From: SAR86 cluster bacterium AG-313-D11
GTDB lineage: Bacteria > Pseudomonadota > Gammaproteobacteria > Magnimaribacterales > D2472
Length of the DNA stretch: 64,000 nucleotides
Direction: 5' to 3'
Assembly (NCBI GenBank): GCA_003284215.1
Contig: QBVW01000005.1
Location: forward strand, 4,881 to 68,880
Below the pieces are notes generated by a model. That model was not told the origin of the DNA and ran no database searches. It worked only from the letters and a program-made list of their open reading frames with translations. The translations under genes were made by a program, and so were the position numbers. How positions within the stretch are numbered: position 1 is the stretch's first letter; each line of letters starts with the position of its first letter. Shown in pieces: positions 37,899 through 46,313 of the stretch.

Positions 37899-40682
37899 GT
37901 GTATAATTCTCTGATGAAAGTTAATGCTAAAAACAATAATCAAATACATACAAAGCATCAAATAATAACCTTTTTATTATTTTTAGTTTTAATTGGTATT
38001 CCCTCGCACCAGGCAAATGCTCAAGAACCAGGTACTGCGGAAATCTTAGAATTATTGGAGAATGACAAGAAAAGTAAAGCCTCTGCAAATTCTGAAGAAG
38101 GCGGCTATAAATCATTTGTGCAAAATGAATATATGAGCGTTACCAAGCAGTTGTCAGAGCTCAGTTTTGATGAAAAGCAAAATATATATTTTTCTGATCT
38201 GCAGAAAAAAAGAATGGAACTTGCAACGCAGTTATGTATTAATGATAAAAGAGCATGCTTTTTAATAGAAGAGTATAGAGATTTCCAATTTATTGAACCA
38301 ACTACTTTTGATGAAATTGAGTTGTATGGCTTGGACATTTTCTCTGGTTATACCAATGATTTTAGTTTCTATGACAGCCTGCCCCTTTCATCAAATTATG
38401 TTCTTAGAGTGGGTGACGTTGTAAAGGTTTTATTATTTGGAAGCCTAGAGTTCGATGATTCTCTAAAAATTGACAGAACTGGAGCTATTGCAATTGAAGG
38501 CATTGGAAAAATTCAGTTAGCTGGCCTTACATTTTCTGCTGCTTTAGCAAAAATGGAAAATATTATTGCAGATAAATTTTTCGGTACAGAAGTGTCAATC
38601 AGTATGGATAAGATCAGAGCTATGCAAGTTTTTGTTTTAGGCAATGTTCAAGCTCCCGGTTCATATGCCATAAACTCTTTTGGCACAGTGCTTAACGCAA
38701 TCATATCTTCTGGAGGAGTAAAAGATAAGAGTTCACTTCGGTCAATCAAGATAATAAGAGGAGGAGAAACTGTTACAAAAATTGACTTATATGATGTTCT
38801 TATCGAAGGGAATCTTAGCTTCAAGGATTTAAGTTTACAAGATGGAGATTCTGTTATAGTTAGCGGCCTAGAAAATACTGCATCATTATTGGGAGAGGTG
38901 AATCGTCCAGCCATTTATGAGTTTGTTGAAGGCGAGACTTTATCTGATTTATTGAAATTTGGATTAGGCGTAACGCCAAGAAGCGATACAGAAAATATTT
39001 CAGTTACTAGAGTTCTTGATTCAGGCAAGTCAATTGTATTAAACCCCAGAGATCCAAACATATTTAAGCTCAGAATAGGAGATAAAGTAAAGGTTAACTC
39101 ATCAATTGGAGAAAAAGTTAATTATATTAGTCTTATCGGAGCTATAAGAAATGTTGGAGATTTTTCAATAAGCGCAAATCAAAATCTCGGTCAATTTATT
39201 GATATAAGTAGAGATCTCCTAGAATCAACATATACAGGATTTTCAATTATTAAACGTTTTGATAATCAATCTAAGTCATATGAATTATTTTCCATAGATT
39301 TGACGTCACAAGATGAGTTAAATAACTTGAAAGTTTTTTCTAGAGACAAGATTTTTATTCTATCTAAGGAAGATATTGGTTTTCTTCAATCAAATACTAT
39401 TCAGGAATATCTTGGTAGTTTGAGAAATCCTAAAAAAGAAATTCCTTCTAATGAGCTAGATGTTACAAATATTGCAGAATTATCTGACTTACAATCAAGC
39501 CTTGTTTCAAAAAATGAAAAAGATAAATCTAATGATAAAAAATTTACTTGTTTAAAATCTTTGGACGTATTAGGCAGAAAACCACTAATCGGTTTTTTAG
39601 AATCTAAATTTAGTATATTAAATAGTTCTCGAGAATCTTCCTGCACTAAATTGTTTGACTCATACAGTGAATTACTCCCATTTACAGTAGTTAAAGCTAT
39701 TCCTGTTCTTGGTAATGTTCGATTTCCCGGCCTTTATCCGGTTGCTAACTCATCCACTGCAATTAATTTATTTCATTTAGCTGGTGGATTTCTATATTCT
39801 CCAACAAATTCACAGCATTCATTTGAGGTAGGTACAAATAAGCTGGGCTTTAGTTCATTTCAATTGAATGATTTAGATAATTTATCAGATATTACTTTTC
39901 TTAAATCAAATCTATCTTTAGATAAAATGTATGAAGGATATGTAACTCTGGTTGGTGAATTTAAGAATCCTGGAACCTACTCAATATCAAATAAGGAGAG
40001 TTTATCTAGTTTGTATCAGAGAGTTGGAGGCTTAACCTCTGATGCCTATCCAATAGGCGGAGTGTTAACAAGAAAATCAATCTTAGCTCAAGAGCAAAGA
40101 GCATTAGAAAGGGCTAAAGCTGAACTTTCTGATATTCTCTCATCGGCAGTTACTAGTGGTTATTTGGATCAAGACTCTACAGATCTAGTTGGGCTAATCT
40201 CTCTTATGACTAATTTATCTAATGCAGCCCCCTTAGGGAGGCTGGTAACGCAATTAGACCCTAATATATTAAAAAGAAAAAAAAGTTCAGATTTATTCCT
40301 TGAACCTGGTGATGTAATTTATATTCCACCCATGCAGAATGTCATTACAGTTGTTGGCCAAGTTCTTAACCCGGTCACCATTCCATTTAATCCAAAATTA
40401 GACTTTCAAGATTATTTAGACCTTGCTGGCGGGATTAAAACTGATGCTGATAAGAGTAAGATATATGCTATTTTACCAAATGGAACATCTCTTAGAAATT
40501 CATCTGGCCTGTTTACATTTAATACATTTAGAAGCAATGATCTGCTGCCTGGAGCAACCATAATTGTTCCAAGAAAGGCTCGCCCTTTGGATTCTCTAGC
40601 TCTTGTTGAAACTGTTTCACCGATTTTGGCTAGCTTATCAGTTACCGCAGCCTCAATTGCAGCTATATCAAATTCTAATTAG
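37899..40682 (+). CDS. Giant Wza/OtnA-type outer-membrane polysaccharide export protein (Poly_export + multiple SLBB beta-grasp repeats)
   Basis: 927 aa by the track (GTG at 37899); the ATG at 37914 (MKVNAK…) is an equally good start. Signal peptide '…FLLFLVLIGIPSHQANA/QEP'. 'YVLRVGDVVKVLLFG' is Poly_export-like. Repeated GD-x-[IV]-x-[IV] beta-grasp motifs: 'LQDGDSVIVSG', 'LRIGDKVKVNS', 'LEPGDVIYIPP' and 'LLPGATIIVPRK'. Hydrophobic/amphipathic C-terminal helix 'LALVETVSPILASLSVTAASIAAIS'. Confidence 0.8.
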   Translation: MYNSLMKVNAKNNNQIHTKHQIITFLLFLVLIGIPSHQANAQEPGTAEILELLENDKKSKASANSEEGGYKSFVQNEYMSVTKQLSELSFDEKQNIYFSDLQKKRMELATQLCINDKRACFLIEEYRDFQFIEPTTFDEIELYGLDIFSGYTNDFSFYDSLPLSSNYVLRVGDVVKVLLFGSLEFDDSLKIDRTGAIAIEGIGKIQLAGLTFSAALAKMENIIADKFFGTEVSISMDKIRAMQVFVLGNVQAPGSYAINSFGTVLNAIISSGGVKDKSSLRSIKIIRGGETVTKIDLYDVLIEGNLSFKDLSLQDGDSVIVSGLENTASLLGEVNRPAIYEFVEGETLSDLLKFGLGVTPRSDTENISVTRVLDSGKSIVLNPRDPNIFKLRIGDKVKVNSSIGEKVNYISLIGAIRNVGDFSISANQNLGQFIDISRDLLESTYTGFSIIKRFDNQSKSYELFSIDLTSQDELNNLKVFSRDKIFILSKEDIGFLQSNTIQEYLGSLRNPKKEIPSNELDVTNIAELSDLQSSLVSKNEKDKSNDKKFTCLKSLDVLGRKPLIGFLESKFSILNSSRESSCTKLFDSYSELLPFTVVKAIPVLGNVRFPGLYPVANSSTAINLFHLAGGFLYSPTNSQHSFEVGTNKLGFSSFQLNDLDNLSDITFLKSNLSLDKMYEGYVTLVGEFKNPGTYSISNKESLSSLYQRVGGLTSDAYPIGGVLTRKSILAQEQRALERAKAELSDILSSAVTSGYLDQDSTDLVGLISLMTNLSNAAPLGRLVTQLDPNILKRKKSSDLFLEPGDVIYIPPMQNVITVVGQVLNPVTIPFNPKLDFQDYLDLAGGIKTDADKSKIYAILPNGTSLRNSSGLFTFNTFRSNDLLPGATIIVPRKARPLDSLALVETVSPILASLSVTAASIAAISNSN

Positions 40683-40691
40683 TCTTTAAGC

Positions 40692-42845
40692 ATGAAAAGA
40701 GCTTTTGTACTTTTGGCATTAGGCTTATTTTTGCATGTAAAGCTTTATTCTCAAATTTCTGAATACATATATCCTTATTCACAGTCTCCAAGTTTCTCTA
40801 ATTATGGAACTACCGGCCTAATTCAAATGCCTTCAGCAAGATTTTATGAAGAAGGCACTATTGGATTCACATGGTCACATTTAGATCCCTATTTAAGAGG
40901 TTCAATTATGGCCTATCCATTTAATTGGTTTGAGGCATCTTACCAATATGCTGATGTGAATAATTGGCTTTATAGTCCATATAAAGACTTTAGTGGAAAT
41001 CAGTCTTATAAAGATAAAAGTTTTAGTGCAAAATTTAGATTACGTAAAGAATCAAAATATTTCCCATCTGTTGCATTAGGTTTTAGAGACCTTGGAGGGA
41101 CAGGACTTTTTGCATCGGAATATTTAGTATTTTCTAAATTTGTTGGAAATATGGATTTCACAGCAGGTATGGGATGGGGTGTTATCTCTAATAACTCAAT
41201 TTCTAATCCATTAACTAATATTGATGCTAGGTATGGTGACAGGCTCGTAAATTCTGTAAGTGGAAAAGGTACTCAGGGTGGAGAGTTTAATATCAGTTCT
41301 TTTTTTTCAGGAGAGGATGCGGGACTATTTGCAGGAGTTGAGATTTTTATTCCTAAATCTAAGGGTATAAGGGTGAAGCTCGAGTATGATGCAACAGATT
41401 ATACTAAAGAGGGTTATTTGCCTGTAGAGCAGACATCTGATTTTAATTTTAATTTTACTTACCCTATAACAAAAAATCTTCAAATTAAATTAGGTTATAT
41501 CAGAGGTAATACTTTAAATTTTGGTTTTTCTTATACAGGCAGTTATGGAAAGAAAGATCCTTTTATTAAAAAAAATGACCCTCCGAAGACTGTTCCAAAT
41601 GCTGCAGCATTTAGAAGAGTAAATGCAAGAGATCCAAGAAATCTATATATCTCGTCGTTAAAATATCTTGGAGAGTCTAAGCTATACCTTCAGTCTGCTG
41701 ATTTAAATGAATCAGAGTATTCTGTTGCTTTTTCGCAAAATACTCACGTTAGCTATGCTAGGGCGGCTGGAAGAGTTGCAAGAGTTTTAGATCAAATAGC
41801 ACCAGAATCAGTTGAGACTTTCAAAATCACTAATCTCAATGCAGAAATGCCATTATTTACAACTAAAATTGACAGATCAAACTTCAAAAAATATGAGCAA
41901 CTTAATCTATCCTCTGCGCTTTTAGAGAGTTCTGAAATCTATAAAATTACAAATGAGGAGTATCGGGGGCATAAATATCAACCACCCTCTGACATACCTA
42001 AAGTTCTGAGTAAAATCTCGCCCTCTGTTAGAAGTCAAATTGGTGGCCCAGATGGCTTTTATTTTGGAGATGTTTCTGTTGCCTGGCACAATGAAATTCT
42101 CTTGGCAGAAAACTTTTCTATTCTTGCAATAGCTAATTTTGGTATTCTGGATAACTTCGATGATCTTAAACTAGCCTCAGACAGCATCCTTCCTCATGTA
42201 AGAACTGACATTGTTAAATACTTAAAACAAAGTAAAAGAGCAAGGGTTTCACGATTACAAGCAAACTATTTTATTAAGCCGCTTGATGATATCTATTTTA
42301 AATTTACTGGAGGGCTAATTGAAGAGATGTTTGGCGGATTTGGAGCAGAGTTTCTATGGAGACCTTTTACAAAAAATTATGCAATTGGAACTGAGCTATG
42401 GAGAGTTCAACAAAGAGATTACGACATGCTATTCTCTTTTCGTGATTACATGACTACTACAGGCTTTGTTAATTACTATTATGCAGAACCAAAATCAAAA
42501 ATTATGCTTAAGATAACTGGAGGTCGTTTTTTAGCAGGAGATTCTGGTATTCATATGGATATTTCCAGAAGATTCAAAAGTGGTTTTAAAGTTGGAGTTT
42601 TCGCTTCAAAAACTGATATTAGCAAGCTTGAATTTGGCGAGGGAAGCTTTGACAAAGGATTCTATTTTCATCTACCAATTGAAGTCTTTTATCCAAATTA
42701 TTCAAAAGGAGTTGCTGGTTTTGGATTGCGGCCATTAACAAGAGATGGCGCAGCAATTTTGGTTCATGGTCATCATTTATATGGGGTAACTGATCAAAGC
42801 TCTTATATGAATATTTTAAGGGATTGGGATGATATATATGATTAG
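40692..42845 (+). CDS. YjbH/GfcD-family outer-membrane protein (exopolysaccharide / group 4 capsule associated)
   Basis: 717 aa with a signal peptide. 'GTTGLIQMPSARFYEEGTIGF…', 'FEASYQY' and 'FSGNQSYKDKSFSAKFRLRKE' match the N-terminal signature I recall for E. coli YjbH/GfcD ('GLLQTPTARM…', 'GDQTYKDKAFDLKLRLWEE'). Size matches (about 700 aa). Confidence 0.8.
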   Translation: MKRAFVLLALGLFLHVKLYSQISEYIYPYSQSPSFSNYGTTGLIQMPSARFYEEGTIGFTWSHLDPYLRGSIMAYPFNWFEASYQYADVNNWLYSPYKDFSGNQSYKDKSFSAKFRLRKESKYFPSVALGFRDLGGTGLFASEYLVFSKFVGNMDFTAGMGWGVISNNSISNPLTNIDARYGDRLVNSVSGKGTQGGEFNISSFFSGEDAGLFAGVEIFIPKSKGIRVKLEYDATDYTKEGYLPVEQTSDFNFNFTYPITKNLQIKLGYIRGNTLNFGFSYTGSYGKKDPFIKKNDPPKTVPNAAAFRRVNARDPRNLYISSLKYLGESKLYLQSADLNESEYSVAFSQNTHVSYARAAGRVARVLDQIAPESVETFKITNLNAEMPLFTTKIDRSNFKKYEQLNLSSALLESSEIYKITNEEYRGHKYQPPSDIPKVLSKISPSVRSQIGGPDGFYFGDVSVAWHNEILLAENFSILAIANFGILDNFDDLKLASDSILPHVRTDIVKYLKQSKRARVSRLQANYFIKPLDDIYFKFTGGLIEEMFGGFGAEFLWRPFTKNYAIGTELWRVQQRDYDMLFSFRDYMTTTGFVNYYYAEPKSKIMLKITGGRFLAGDSGIHMDISRRFKSGFKVGVFASKTDISKLEFGEGSFDKGFYFHLPIEVFYPNYSKGVAGFGLRPLTRDGAAILVHGHHLYGVTDQSSYMNILRDWDDIYD

Positions 42846-43452
42846 ACTATTAATAACTTTTTTTGTTTTAAGTTCATGCTCAAATATACCTATTTCATAT
42901 AAAGATTTACCATCAACAGTTTATCGAGCTGCTGTTGGATACCCTGAAATTATTATTGATCAAGAGGCATATAATGAAAATAGATTTAGCTTTGCAACAG
43001 TAGCTATTGGTAAATCAAAACCTATTATCATGGTATTACTTTCTATTGATAAAGATACTTATACATGGGTAGATAAAGAGGGAGGCCAATTAATCACTAG
43101 AAATGGGAGGATTATACAAACTGTTGGGTTACCTCATGACATAGAAATAAAATTTGAAACAACTAGAAAGACATATCAAGAAGGTAAGTTTAGTGAAATT
43201 GTTAATTTTAATAACCCATTATTGATAAATGCGGACTTGTCTTCATTTACAACTTTGGAAGACAAAATTGATTACTTGTATCTTGATGAGTTAATTTTAG
43301 TCAATGTATATAGTGAAGAGGTATCAATAAGTGACATAGGCTGGAAAAAAGAAAATAAGTACTTCATGGATATTAATAATCGTGAAATTAAAACAATTCA
43401 GTTCGTGCATCCATTTATGAAAGAGATAAAAATGGAGTTTTATTACAAGTGA
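42829..43452 (+). CDS. Lipoprotein, YjbF/GfcB-like by size, lipobox and context
   Basis: 207 aa. Signal plus lipobox 'FFVLSSC/SN'. It overlaps the yjbH end by 17 nt. E. coli YjbF/GfcB are about 210-220-aa lipoproteins encoded beside yjbH/gfcD. I could not verify sequence similarity by eye. Confidence 0.45.
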   Translation: MIYMIRLLITFFVLSSCSNIPISYKDLPSTVYRAAVGYPEIIIDQEAYNENRFSFATVAIGKSKPIIMVLLSIDKDTYTWVDKEGGQLITRNGRIIQTVGLPHDIEIKFETTRKTYQEGKFSEIVNFNNPLLINADLSSFTTLEDKIDYLYLDELILVNVYSEEVSISDIGWKKENKYFMDINNREIKTIQFVHPFMKEIKMEFYYK

Positions 43453-43465
43453 TTTAAAATTGCAT

Positions 43466-43493
43466 AAAAAAACCCGCATCAAGCGGGTTTTTT
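43466..43493. terminator. Bidirectional rho-independent terminator
   Basis: A7-CCCGC-ATCAA-GCGGG-T6 between the convergent genes ending at 43452 (+) and 43511 (-). It reads as hairpin plus U-tract on both strands. Confidence 0.85.
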
Positions 43494-43510
43494 AGTTTTA
43501 ACAAATTTTT

Positions 43511-44248
43511 CTACTGAACGTTTCTAGTTGCGGTGGCTGTAACTTGCTCAACAACGTCAACAGTTGTCTCAATCTCTAAAGTAACAGCTCTGTCCTCGTG
43601 AGTATCAATCTCAACTAGTACTTGCACCTCTTGGTCAGTCATAACTGACGTAGATTCGTCCTGAACCACTGTAACAACGTCATAACCAGCATTACCTGAA
43701 TCAAGTTCAGTAATGATTGCTTCAGTTGCAACTGTTGGATTATTAAACAATCCATCTGATGGATCTGTATCTGTCATGGTTAATGTAACAGTTGATGTGC
43801 TGGATGATGTATTTGAATTGACTGCCTGTGCTGAAGCCACATTAGCTATAGTAGAGGAATTAGTCATTGTCTGTGAAGTAGTCTGACTTTGAGTAGCAGA
43901 ATTTGTAGTAGTAGCTGAAGCAACAGTCACATCGGATGTATACTCATAAACTTCTGTAGGTGCCGGTGTTGGTGCTGCTGTTGGTTCAGGAGTTGGTGCT
44001 GCAGTTGGTGCAGGAGTTGGTGCAGGAGCTGCTCCTCCACCGTCACCAGAATCAATTGCTGCTGCAATTGCTGCTGCAGCTGCAACTGCTGCTGCAATAG
44101 CTCCAGCACTTAAAGAGCCTGATGCGCTATTAGCAGCTTCCTCTTCTGAGCCAGCTGTTTTAGGCTCATCATCAGCAATAACTGAGGCCGAAAATATGGG
44201 GGCAACAAGTGCCAATAGATAACTTAGTCTGTTTTTAAATTTAGCCAT
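43511..44248 (-). CDS. Secreted/membrane-anchored low-complexity Ala/Pro/Thr/Ser-rich protein (possible expanded YjbE/GfcA analogue)
   Basis: 245 aa. AGGAG is 10 nt upstream of the ATG. Signal peptide 'LLALVAPIFSASVIA/DD', then an Ala-rich hydrophobic run 'GAIAAAVAAAAAIAAAI', 'DSGDGGG', a PT linker 'APAPTPAPTAAPTPEPTAAPTPAPT', a Ser/Thr/Asn-rich stretch and an acidic Val/Thr-rich C-terminus. Its GC content is clearly above the surroundings. Confidence 0.7.
   Translation of the reverse strand: MAKFKNRLSYLLALVAPIFSASVIADDEPKTAGSEEEAANSASGSLSAGAIAAAVAAAAAIAAAIDSGDGGGAAPAPTPAPTAAPTPEPTAAPTPAPTEVYEYTSDVTVASATTTNSATQSQTTSQTMTNSSTIANVASAQAVNSNTSSSTSTVTLTMTDTDPSDGLFNNPTVATEAIITELDSGNAGYDVVTVVQDESTSVMTDQEVQVLVEIDTHEDRAVTLEIETTVDVVEQVTATATRNVQ
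43955..44110 (-). repeat. In-frame low-complexity/tandem-like DNA (GCWGCW and GGTGCWGSWGTT periodic units) encoding the poly-Ala and Pro-Thr tracts
   Basis: Plus-strand text '…ggtgccggtgttggtgctgctgttggttcaggagttggtgctgcagttggtgcaggagttggtgcaggagctgct…' and '…attgctgctgcaattgctgctgcagctgcaactgctgctgcaat…'. Reiterated short units are prone to slippage. Confidence 0.7.
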
Positions 44249-44516
44249 TCTTCTTCAACTCCTATAGTAGAAAGTTCTTATTATGAACATAAATTAGTGA
44301 TTTGACAATTTTTTTTACACAAATCCAAAAATTTAAGTTTACATAATGATTAGATAATTAATTATTATAGTCCAAATTTATTTTCATTTGAACATTAAAC
44401 CCCTAGGGCCGCGATTGTACACTATATTTATCTTATGTATATACAAGAACTTAATTATTAATTTTTATAAGTATGTAGTAATAAGTGTGAAGTAATAAAT
44501 ATATATAATTCATTCT

Positions 44517-44593
44517 CGGGATGTAGCGCAGCCTGGTAGCGCACCTCGCTGGGGGTGAGGTGGTCGTCGGTTCAAATCCGGCCATCCCGACCA
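44517..44593 (+). tRNA. tRNA-Pro (anticodon GGG)
   Basis: 77 nt. Acceptor CGGGATG pairs with CATCCCG, followed by A-CCA. Anticodon arm CCTCG-CTGGGGG-TGAGG (U33, GGG, G37), T arm TCGG-TTCAAAT-CCGG. The D arm 'GTAGCGCAGCCTGGTAGCGCA' is typical of tRNA-Pro. A TATAAT at 44504-44509 is correctly placed for a -10. Confidence 0.93.
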
Positions 44594-44605
44594 AATCATT
44601 TAGAA

Positions 44606-45484
44606 TTATTTAGATTTTTTAATTACTTCTTCAGCATACCAATTAATTTCAGCTATCATTCCGTCCAAAGATCTTTCGTCGGGCCCACCTTCATATGTAT
44701 TCCTAAAGGCAACAATAACTTCAGTAGCACCTAATTCTTCTAGTTTTTTAATTCCTTCTGGTGAGTATGCTGCTTCTCCCATTACTTGAAATTGATAATT
44801 TGGATGATTTAAGGTTCCGAATTCGTCTCTATATTCATTAATTTGATCAATAAGACTTTTTGTTTCTTCTAAGCTTAATCCAGCGCTTATCCAACCATCA
44901 CCAACTCTTGCTGCTCTTTTCAGTGCTAATTTTGAATGACCACCAATTAATATTGGAACTGGTTGTGAAGGAGCAGGGCAAAGCTTGAGCTCAGGGATAT
45001 CATAAAATTCTCCTTTAAAAGAGAAATATTCTCCATTCATTAGGCCTTTAAGAATTTCTATCTGCTCATCCATTCTTTTACCACGTTTTTCCCATCTTTC
45101 TCCAGTTGCCAAGAAATCTTCATACCAAGGACTTACTCCAACCCCAAAATGGAATCTATTATTTGTCATAACGCCTAAAGTTGTAACAAATTTTGCAGTG
45201 GTAACAGCTTGTCTTGGAGCAAGCTTATAAACAGAAGTTGAAAACTCAAGTTTCTCGGTAACAGCTGCAATAGCTGGAATAATTGAAAATGGTTCTAGAA
45301 ATGGTACACCATCTAGAAACTCTCTGCTTCCATCATCATTGTATGGATATGTTGAGTCACATTCTTTTGGATAGCAGATGCTGTCTGGAAATGTAATTGC
45401 ATCAAAGCCTGCTGCTTCAGCAGCCTTTCCAAGCTCCAAATAAAATGATGGATCGCACATTGTTGGATGATATGAAAAGCGCAT
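44606..45484 (-). CDS. Luciferase-like (LLM) flavin/F420-type oxidoreductase
   Basis: TIM-barrel LLM pattern ('FDAITFPDS', 'FHFGVGVSPW', 'PILIGGHSKLALKRAARVGDGW'). I prefer the ATG at 45484 (MRFSYHP…), preceded by GGGAG 7 nt upstream, over the track start at 45520. Confidence 0.82.
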   Translation of the reverse strand: MRFSYHPTMCDPSFYLELGKAAEAAGFDAITFPDSICYPKECDSTYPYNDDGSREFLDGVPFLEPFSIIPAIAAVTEKLEFSTSVYKLAPRQAVTTAKFVTTLGVMTNNRFHFGVGVSPWYEDFLATGERWEKRGKRMDEQIEILKGLMNGEYFSFKGEFYDIPELKLCPAPSQPVPILIGGHSKLALKRAARVGDGWISAGLSLEETKSLIDQINEYRDEFGTLNHPNYQFQVMGEAAYSPEGIKKLEELGATEVIVAFRNTYEGGPDERSLDGMIAEINWYAEEVIKKSK

Positions 45485-45498
45485 AAATTTTCTCCCTT

Positions 45499-45526
45499 TT
45501 GTTAAATATTCAAGAAACAATATAAT
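45499..45526 (+). promoter_or_regulatory. Candidate sigma70 promoter for the SDR gene (TTGTTA-16 nt-TATAAT)
   Basis: TTGTTA at 45499-45504 and TATAAT at 45521-45526, followed by AAAGAGG and the ATG at 45546. AT-rich background, so confidence is only moderate. Confidence 0.3.
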
Positions 45527-45545
45527 AACAAAAGAGGTAAATAAA

Positions 45546-46310
45546 ATGGATAAAATTTTTGAAAATGGATGCGTCTTAATTGTTGGTGGCAGCGGAGGAA
45601 TTGGCTCGCTATGTGCTCAAGAATTTTCAAATTCGGGTGCAAAAGTAGCTATTACTTATTATAAAAATGAACAAGCAGCTCTAAAAATAGCAAACGAAAT
45701 TGATTCTGATGTAAAAATTTATCAGCTAGATAATAGCGACGCTAAATCTGTAGAGGAAACCTTCAAAAAAGTTGTCAAAGACCATGGTTCGATTAATACC
45801 CTAGTAAATGCAGCTGGATTTGATATACCGCAAAAATTTATTAGCGAAATTGATATCGATCTGTGGAAGGAAGTGATTGATGCTGACATTAACGGGTTTT
45901 TTAATCTCATCAAAACTGGATTACCCTTTCTAAGGGAGTCTCAAGGCTCCATAGTGTTTATTAGCTCAGCTGGATTATTCAAATATCCTCCAGGTGATAT
46001 TCTCTCTGTGGCTCCAAAAGCAACCATTGAGCATGTTTTAAAAGGCATCGCGAAAGAAGAAGGAAAAAATGGCGTTAGAGCCAACTCGATTGCTTTAGGT
46101 GTTATTGATACAGGAATTTTTCATAGACTACGGGAAGAAAATAATACTTTCTTTGATGATGCTTGGCATGAAGCGGTAATGAATACACTAGCAATCAAAA
46201 GGTTTGGATTGCCGAAAGAAGTTGCAGATACAGCTGTTTTCTTAGCTTCAAGCAAAGGAGGATATATCACAGGACACTGCATACCAGTTGATGGTGGCTA
46301 CCATCTATGA
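45546..46310 (+). CDS. Short-chain dehydrogenase/reductase (SDR)
   Basis: 254 aa. 'VLIVGGSGGIGS' (TGxxxGxG-like), 'NAAG', an 'ISSAG…' region and C-terminal 'GGYITGHCIPVDGG'. Confidence 0.88.
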   Translation: MDKIFENGCVLIVGGSGGIGSLCAQEFSNSGAKVAITYYKNEQAALKIANEIDSDVKIYQLDNSDAKSVEETFKKVVKDHGSINTLVNAAGFDIPQKFISEIDIDLWKEVIDADINGFFNLIKTGLPFLRESQGSIVFISSAGLFKYPPGDILSVAPKATIEHVLKGIAKEEGKNGVRANSIALGVIDTGIFHRLREENNTFFDDAWHEAVMNTLAIKRFGLPKEVADTAVFLASSKGGYITGHCIPVDGGYHL

Positions 46311-46313
46311 TGT

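Noticed and set aside
43927-44109. 60-aa Gln/Leu-rich ORF (…QQQLQLQQQLQQQL…) on the minus strand
   Set aside because: It is an alternative reading frame of the GCTGCTGC-type repeats inside the Ala/Pro/Thr-rich gene. It is a frame-shadow of low-complexity DNA.
44401-44445. Small palindromes upstream of tRNA-Pro (CCCTAGGG at 44401-44408; TGTATATACA at 44436-44445)
   Set aside because: They are short, with no loop for a hairpin and no repetition elsewhere in the window. Such AT palindromes are expected by chance in AT-rich spacers.
20895-44593. Interpreting the tRNA-flanked glycan island as an integrative mobile element
   Set aside because: I saw no integrase, recombinase or transposase, no conjugation or phage genes, and no direct repeats of the tRNA 3' ends by eye. 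I kept it as a replacement-island hypothesis only.
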